Part shown: positions 13,437 through 15,117 of the stretch, in pieces
Position numbering within the stretch: the stretch's first letter is position 1
Layout: every line of letters begins with the position of its first letter
Assembly: GCA_040752695.1 (NCBI GenBank)
Contig: JBFMGO010000132.1
Coordinates: 1-15,117 of the forward strand
Direction of reading: 5' to 3'
Source of the DNA: a bacterium
GTDB lineage: Bacteria; SZUA-182; DTGQ01
DNA length: 15,117 nucleotides
Notes under the pieces: generated by a model
Database searches by the model: none
What the model saw: only the letters and a program-made list of their open reading frames with translations
What the model was told of the DNA's origin: nothing
Translations under genes and position numbers: made by a program

Positions 13437-15005
13437 TTAGGCCGCTCCTTCAGTTATGGCAGGTCGTTTGAGGGGAAATATTTTTTGGCTGCCATGCCTT
13501 TTTTTGCGGTCAGACACTCCGGCACTGTCGGCATCTTGACTACTACCCACGATAGCGTTCAATTCCTGTGCATGACGGTCAAATTCCTCAGCAGTGCCAG
13601 CCAATTCCCCGGAATTCGCGGCACTTTGCTGAATCGCCTTATCCATCTGCGCTACCGCCATGTTCACCTGCTCAATTCCCTGCGACTGCTCCCTGAAAGC
13701 GACGGCAATTTCCGTCACCAGCACTACGACCTTGGCCATGCTTTCCTGTACGAGGGCCAGGGATTTGCCCACTTCGCCTGTAATGTCAACGCCTGAATCA
13801 GCGTTTTTCTGTGCTCCCGCAATCAAATCGGTTGTGGTCCTGGCCGCTTCCGCACTGCGCTGAGCCAGGCTTCGTACTTCTTCGGCTACCACGGCGAAGC
13901 CTTTGCCTGTCTCACCGGCCCTCGCCGCCTCGACTGCAGCGTTCAGCGCCAGTAAGTTGGTCTGAAATGCAATCTCGTCTATGACTTTGATAATTTTTGC
14001 CGTCTCTGTGGACGATGTCTTTATTTTTTCGATGGCATCGCTCATGCGCTCCATAGCTCCCACTGCACCTCCAAGTTGAGACTTTACCTCTTCCATCAGA
14101 AGGTTAGCCTTATTCGTATTGTCAGCATTCTGCCGTGTCATAGAGGCCATTTCCTCAAGTGACGAGGATGTTTCTTCTATGCTTGAAGCCTGTTCTCCGA
14201 ACCTTTGAGCCAACTGCTGGCTGGCATGGGATATTTGTGCAGAGCCTTGAGTAATCTGTTCGATAATAAGCTTAAAGGTCCGTCCGGTTTCTTCCAATTC
14301 GTGGGTACTGAGTTTATTCAGGCCACGGAACAGGTCTTTCAGCGGTCCTGTAATTCCCAGAGCGATCATCAAGGCAATAAGCGATGAAATGAAAATGCCG
14401 CTGAAGCCGAGGACAAACATCATCTTCGTTCGCGACCTGATCAATGCAGAGGCTTCCAGTTCACCGACCCGGTTTCTTTCTGCTGTCATGTGCACAACCT
14501 GGTCTGTTGCTGCACGGTGATCCTCATATTCCTTCAGCATGATACCATAAGCCAACTCACGAGCAAGCTCTATGTTTCCGCTTTTCACGGCTGGTATGAA
14601 TTTCGTGGTCATAATATCAAAGAACGCAACCGCTGGATAGTATGACTGCTCAAGGAAAGTAGATTTGATTTGGCCCGCAGTGAGTTCTTCCTGCCAGAAA
14701 CTGTGCCTGGACATATACTCGGCCCTTAAGGCATCACTTCTTTCAATCAGAGCCGCAAGAGCAAGCCGGTCGTTGTTTCCCAACATCTGCAAAGCAACGA
14801 GATAGGATTCGATGATGTATTCGGGTGGGGGAAGAATATCTGCAATCAGGTCTTTTCCCTGAATAATATGCTGATAAACCGGACCATTCACTTTCAGCTT
14901 ATCTAACGTGACAGTAGATAATCCCCAAAACAGGACAAACGAGAGTATAAAAGTAAAAACGAGTAAAACGATTCTGGCATTCAGCCCCAGTTTTGAAAGT
15001 CTCAT
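13437..15005 (-). CDS. Methyl-accepting chemotaxis protein (two TM helices, periplasmic sensor domain, MCP signalling domain), about 522 aa
   Basis: Start moved to ATG 15005, which follows AGGAG. TM1 [18 protein letters not shown], periplasmic '[27 protein letters not shown]', TM2 [22 protein letters not shown], methylation-type helix [10 protein letters not shown], hairpin tip [40 protein letters not shown]. Confidence 0.95.
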   Translation of the reverse strand: MRLSKLGLNARIVLLVFTFILSFVLFWGLSTVTLDKLKVNGPVYQHIIQGKDLIADILPPPEYIIESYLVALQMLGNNDRLALAALIERSDALRAEYMSRHSFWQEELTAGQIKSTFLEQSYYPAVAFFDIMTTKFIPAVKSGNIELARELAYGIMLKEYEDHRAATDQVVHMTAERNRVGELEASALIRSRTKMMFVLGFSGIFISSLIALMIALGITGPLKDLFRGLNKLSTHELEETGRTFKLIIEQITQGSAQISHASQQLAQRFGEQASSIEETSSSLEEMASMTRQNADNTNKANLLMEEVKSQLGGAVGAMERMSDAIEKIKTSSTETAKIIKVIDEIAFQTNLLALNAAVEAARAGETGKGFAVVAEEVRSLAQRSAEAARTTTDLIAGAQKNADSGVDITGEVGKSLALVQESMAKVVVLVTEIAVAFREQSQGIEQVNMAVAQMDKAIQQSAANSGELAGTAEEFDRHAQELNAIVGSSQDADSAGVSDRKKRHGSQKIFPLKRPAITEGAA

Positions 15006-15117
15006 GTATCGCTCCTGTATCAATTTTTCCCGCTATCAATTTTTCTATTTCTGGTCGGGTTTACAAACTTGTGCCTTCTTGCTTAGAGGCTATCCGAAAA
15101 GTGGGCTCGGCACTTAC

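Noticed and set aside
13449..13475. TTCAGTTATGG...TTTGAGGGG resembling the 9465-9544 repeat unit
   Set aside because: It lies inside the MCP C-terminal coding sequence, and an 11-nt match somewhere within 15 kb is expected by chance.
11455..14387. Short alternative ORFs overlapping the HK, hydrolase and MCP genes
   Set aside because: Shadow ORFs without RBS or motif support.

Overview
Bacterial window with eight credible CDSs in two convergent blocks and no RNA genes, transposases or CRISPR array. Plus strand: a stand-alone catalytic domain of the 2-oxoacid dehydrogenase E2/acyltransferase fold, a PksE/DfnA-type trans-acting malonyl-acyltransferase fused to a PfaD-type enoyl reductase, and a 1893-aa single-chain acyl-CoA carboxylase (BC-BCCP-central-CT) with eukaryote-like ACC motifs. 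Minus strand, in transcription order: a methyl-accepting chemotaxis protein, a PksD/PedC-type proofreading acyl hydrolase, a membrane sensor histidine kinase, a CheY-like receiver and an orphan, divergent KaiB. The window therefore looks like the accessory, precursor-supply and regulatory part of a trans-AT polyketide system; no KS or ACP gene is visible. The most striking points are the eukaryote-type multidomain ACC directly behind the trans-AT, and the proofreading hydrolase embedded in an MCP-HK-RR-KaiB signalling string whose KaiB carries substitutions suggesting a locked fold-switched state. Non-coding features include a near-consensus sigma70 promoter followed by a ~200-nt leader with a perfect 21-bp stem, and several short tandem repeats. 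All family assignments come from motif recognition by eye; no database searches were run.
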